The notes below the pieces were generated by a model. The model did no database searches and had not been told where the DNA came from. It was given only the letters and a program-made list of their open reading frames with translations. The translations under genes were made by a program, and so were the position numbers. From Botryllus schlosseri (lineage: Eukaryota), in NCBI GenBank assembly GCA_051294905.1, contig CM119375.1:9734001-9798000 (forward strand): a stretch of DNA of 64,000 nucleotides, written 5' to 3'. Shown one piece after another: positions 61,728-64,000 of the stretch (position 1 is the stretch's first letter; each line of letters opens with the position of its first letter).

Positions 61728-64000
61728 TACAACTAACAGAAGCGACGCCACACCCAACTGGTACAAATGAAATGAATAGTCCCGACGTGAAGGTAATCAG
61801 GAGCAATCAGTATAAACACCCACTAGTGGTCAAAAGGGACTGATACACCACACCCCCCTTGGCCGATATTTGAGCTAAATCCCCCCCTGTGAAAAAGTTG
61901 CCTGTGACTAAAAAAGGTGCTTTTTAACGCGCAACCATTTGTTGACTGAGCAATTAATGGCCAAACATATTCAGATATGTCCGAACTATGGCGAATGCGC
62001 TCTAAACTTTGGTAAAGTACAGTCAAATTTGACCTGTTTTTGACCGGTCGGGTAGCCGCTGACGAAATATAAATCACCAAGTCCGATTGCTATGGACTTG
62101 AGTTGAATCGATGAATTTGGTACGGTTTGCTTTTCATGTTGGCTCATATGTTGGTTTAAACAGTTAAACAATTTCACTAGCGGCCTTGTGCTGAATTCGG
62201 CTTGACGTTTTCCTGCCTAGTAGCAATTTGGTCGAGAGGCTGTCGCGGACCCAACGAAATCGTGTCGTGAGCCTCACTTTATCAGGGGGTGTAATATTTA
62301 AGGAAGGCATTTAAACATACACCTAGCTTGAAATCCGCCAAAGAAACATTGTAAAGAACTAATTTCTACTAAACAGTTCTATACCATAAAATTCTGAAAA
62401 CCTTGCGAACCCAGTGTATCTTCCAATACAATGCCAAAGCCAGATTTCCCCTAAAAAAAATTCAGCCAGATTCCCCCCTAAAAATTTAAAAATTCCCCCC
62501 AATGGGGGCATTCCCCCCCCCGGTTGCGAACCACTGTGCTAAGCAATGCGAGCTTGTATCTCCGCGGTTAGCGTCTGTTTCTGCCTGTCTGCTCCATACA
62601 TTGTTACGCCTCATATTGTTACCTCATCATCGTTGTGACGTCACTTTTTATCATGGAAATTATCATGGCCCAGTGCAATGCGCATATCGCATATCATTCC
62701 TATAGCAAACCTTGAAAAATATTCATTAAAAAGGCAGAAGTGGCTTGATAACATAGTTTTGCCAAGCACTCAAATAGGTTAGGTCGGCTTTCACGACTTA
62801 TTCAAGTGGTTGTGTTTCAGACTCTTTCCACTGGAACACTCTTTAAGCAAAACTATCAACTTTTGAACCTTGAAGTTTTGAAATGTGTAGGTAGAAAGTA
62901 GCCGATGGATTAGTATACAATACTTCGACTCGCAATCGAGCAGATATTTACGGCGTTACAGGTACTTCTCATTGAGTAGCTACACTGACAATTTAAACAT
63001 CTCTGCTAAAAAACCGGCCGGCGAGTTTGCAGCTATATTTGTGTGTGAGCGATTTTTAAACCAGCTTGTGCCGCTCTATTGTCACTCGTCATTAAAGTAA
63101 GCCGTAAGGAACCGACAGATTGAAAGCAGCCGCCTTAGGTAGCTCTTTCCGACGCTGTAATCCGGCGTCTCCTCCGATTAACCGGCGTGGACCAAATCGC
63201 CATCTGTCGCCGTCGGAGTAATCTAATAAAGATCGTCGTAGATCCGTAGCAGTCTCGATCGCTGTGTAAATCTATCAGAACTGTGTTGTATATAAGGTAA
63301 TTACGTAAGGCGTAATGATCCAGGTGGTTTTCAGTGGTTTCAATTTGCACGTGTTTGTGTTGGTGCGTGCGTTAAATTAATAGCCCCGGACTGGCTTTGT
63401 AGTTCTATTTGCGTAGGTCCGTTTAGTTTGTGTCAGTTGTAGAAAGAACTCAAATACCTAATGCTGACTCATGATATTGATGTGATGCTCAAATCTTCAA
63501 TCATGATTAATTAATTACTCATTATATAATTCTCATTACGCATGGAAATGTTTTTAGTAGGGACTAGTTGAAAAATGAATCTTCCAGAAAAATATCAATT
63601 GCTACGGCGGCGTCATAATATTAATGTCATGCTCCAAGTTCACTCCTCGTGATAACGCTAGTCATTGCTCGACATTATGTGATCACGATCTGCTGCATGG
63701 TTCTCAAGCTTTTAAGCTTACGTAGCGGTAAAATTTCAAAACAGATTCTTCGTACCGATGAACCTTTAACAATCCATATTAACCCAATATATATCTACCC
63801 CGAATGCATGCAAGTTCAATGTGATGAGATCTTCGCTGCTGCCTTTTTGAAGTTATATTTTGAAGTTTCTATTGAGGTTTCTGTAAGGGGAAGTCCTGTT
63901 AAAAACCACGGACAAGATTTTGATTGTTCGGTTGCTTCCAAGCGATCTGCGACTTTGTTGGTTGCTAGCCAAATGCCGCTACATTGCACTGTCAAATTCG

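Larger units (their letters stand above)
53055..61852 (-). mobile_element. Ty3/Gypsy LTR retrotransposon, young, with its 5' LTR interrupted
   Basis: 236-bp TG...CA LTRs: 3' LTR at 53055-53290; 5' LTR at 57095-57209 plus 61732-61852, identical by eye. 5-bp TSD ccccc (53050-53054, 61853-61857). PPT GTGGGGGAGA next to the 3' LTR. Confidence 0.97.
53021..62536. mobile_element. hAT MITE (about 0.7 kb when empty) hosting the Gypsy insertion
   Basis: Termini CAGTGGTTCACAACC...GGTTGCGAACCACTG. Perfect TSD tgctaagc (53013-53020, 62537-62544). Confidence 0.85.

Noticed and set aside
62821-63350. Exon-like stretches after the TE nest (62821-62890; 63135-63350)
   Set aside because: Frames are open only briefly, the splice donors are weak, and no protein family is recognisable.

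Overview
Eukaryotic, animal genomic DNA. It is probably a tunicate/ascidian, which is an inference from the Q-less huntingtin N-terminus and the short introns. Host genes: an intronless divergent ANTP-class homeobox gene (7550-8320), a 10-exon adenylate kinase with an AK5-type N-terminal docking domain but only one AK1-like catalytic domain (18104-24791), and a full-length huntingtin encoded by one uninterrupted 8.55-kb ORF (36006-44555). A possible unidentified spliced gene starts at about 51.9 kb. Most of the remainder is transposable elements: over a dozen hAT-type MITEs with readable 8-bp TSDs (often nested), tRNA-derived SINEs, LINE fragments, and a four-level nest at 53-62.5 kb (hAT MITE > intact Gypsy LTR element > 4.5-kb foldback DNA element > LINE 3' fragment). 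The two strongest leads are (1) the intronless huntingtin and (2) the young Gypsy element, which has no tRNA primer-binding site. Its PBS position instead holds a perfect 15-nt complement of its own LTR, suggesting Tf1-like self-priming, and its RT carries a YLDN motif. All alignments were done by eye; no searches were run.
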